Shown here: positions 63,621 through 64,000 of the stretch, piece after piece | Position numbering within the stretch: position 1 is the first letter of the stretch | Layout: the number at the start of each line of letters is the position of its first letter | From: Hypanus sabinus | Taxonomy: Eukaryota | Assembly: GCF_030144855.1 (NCBI RefSeq) | Contig: NC_082731.1 | Location: 23,250,001 to 23,314,000, forward strand | Length of the DNA: 64,000 nucleotides | Direction: 5' to 3' | Program-made: the position numbers and the translations under genes | Notes under the pieces: generated by a model | What the model saw: the letters and a program-made list of their open reading frames with translations, nothing else | Told to the model about the DNA's origin: nothing | The model's database searches: none

Positions 63621-64000
63621 GAATACAAGCTGGTTTCTAGTGAGAATTGAGAACCGTTGTTTGGCAACCAGTGTTAGATATCAGATTTGCATTGCACAAA
63701 TCTGTTAGGTTGTGTCCAAATGCACACCCTCTGTTCGAAAGTGTAAGGCACAATCTATCAGATTCAATGCAGACCTATCATCGCTACCACGGAATTTTCA
63801 CAACTTTCGCAGCTGCATACACACTAAGCGAAGTCAAGTGACTCTTTAATTAGGTATATGACTCCTGAAAATTCATGTGTTTTCTATCCTTGTTAATTAC
63901 TCACTGACTTTATTAGCCGGATAACCCTTTATGGATCAGAACTGATGAAGTCCGTCGGATGAGTGGCGAAATTTCTTCCGGACAACTATCAATTCCAGCT

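Noticed and set aside
63685-63692. Octamer ATTTGCAT suggesting an Ig-type V promoter
   Set aside because: No leader or V exon nearby on either strand within the window.
1-64000. D, J or C segments, RNA genes, CRISPR arrays
   Set aside because: No paired-RSS D, RSS-FGxG-donor J, C1 domain, tRNA/rRNA or regularly spaced repeat array was recognised by manual reading.

Overview
Repeat-rich vertebrate genomic DNA from the V-segment array of a T-cell receptor alpha/delta-type locus. The host is inferred to be a cartilaginous fish (shark/ray) from the V-domain style and the CR1/Penelope/Rex/RTE repeat mix. One complete V gene (leader + V exon + 23-RSS) lies at 13.2-13.7 kb on +. A second open V exon with a near-consensus 23-RSS lies at 50.2-50.5 kb on -, but I found no in-phase leader for it. 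There is a decayed paralogue at 47.2 kb and two weaker V relics. No D, J or C segment was recognised. The least expected structure is an old inverted duplication: 1-6.9 kb (interrupted by a CR1) versus 9.75-12.4 kb. It preserves a CRE + CTCF-like motif pair at identical 208-bp spacing and predicts a back-to-back partner V gene just left of the window. A decayed GPR139/142-like GPCR relic may lie inside these arms. Most of the rest is transposon debris: a near-complete chromodomain Gypsy, a PNMA-gag Gypsy, and CR1, RTE, Rex/Babar and Penelope fragments. There are five assembly gaps. All alignments were made by eye; repeat boundaries are approximate and family names come from recalled motifs, not database searches.
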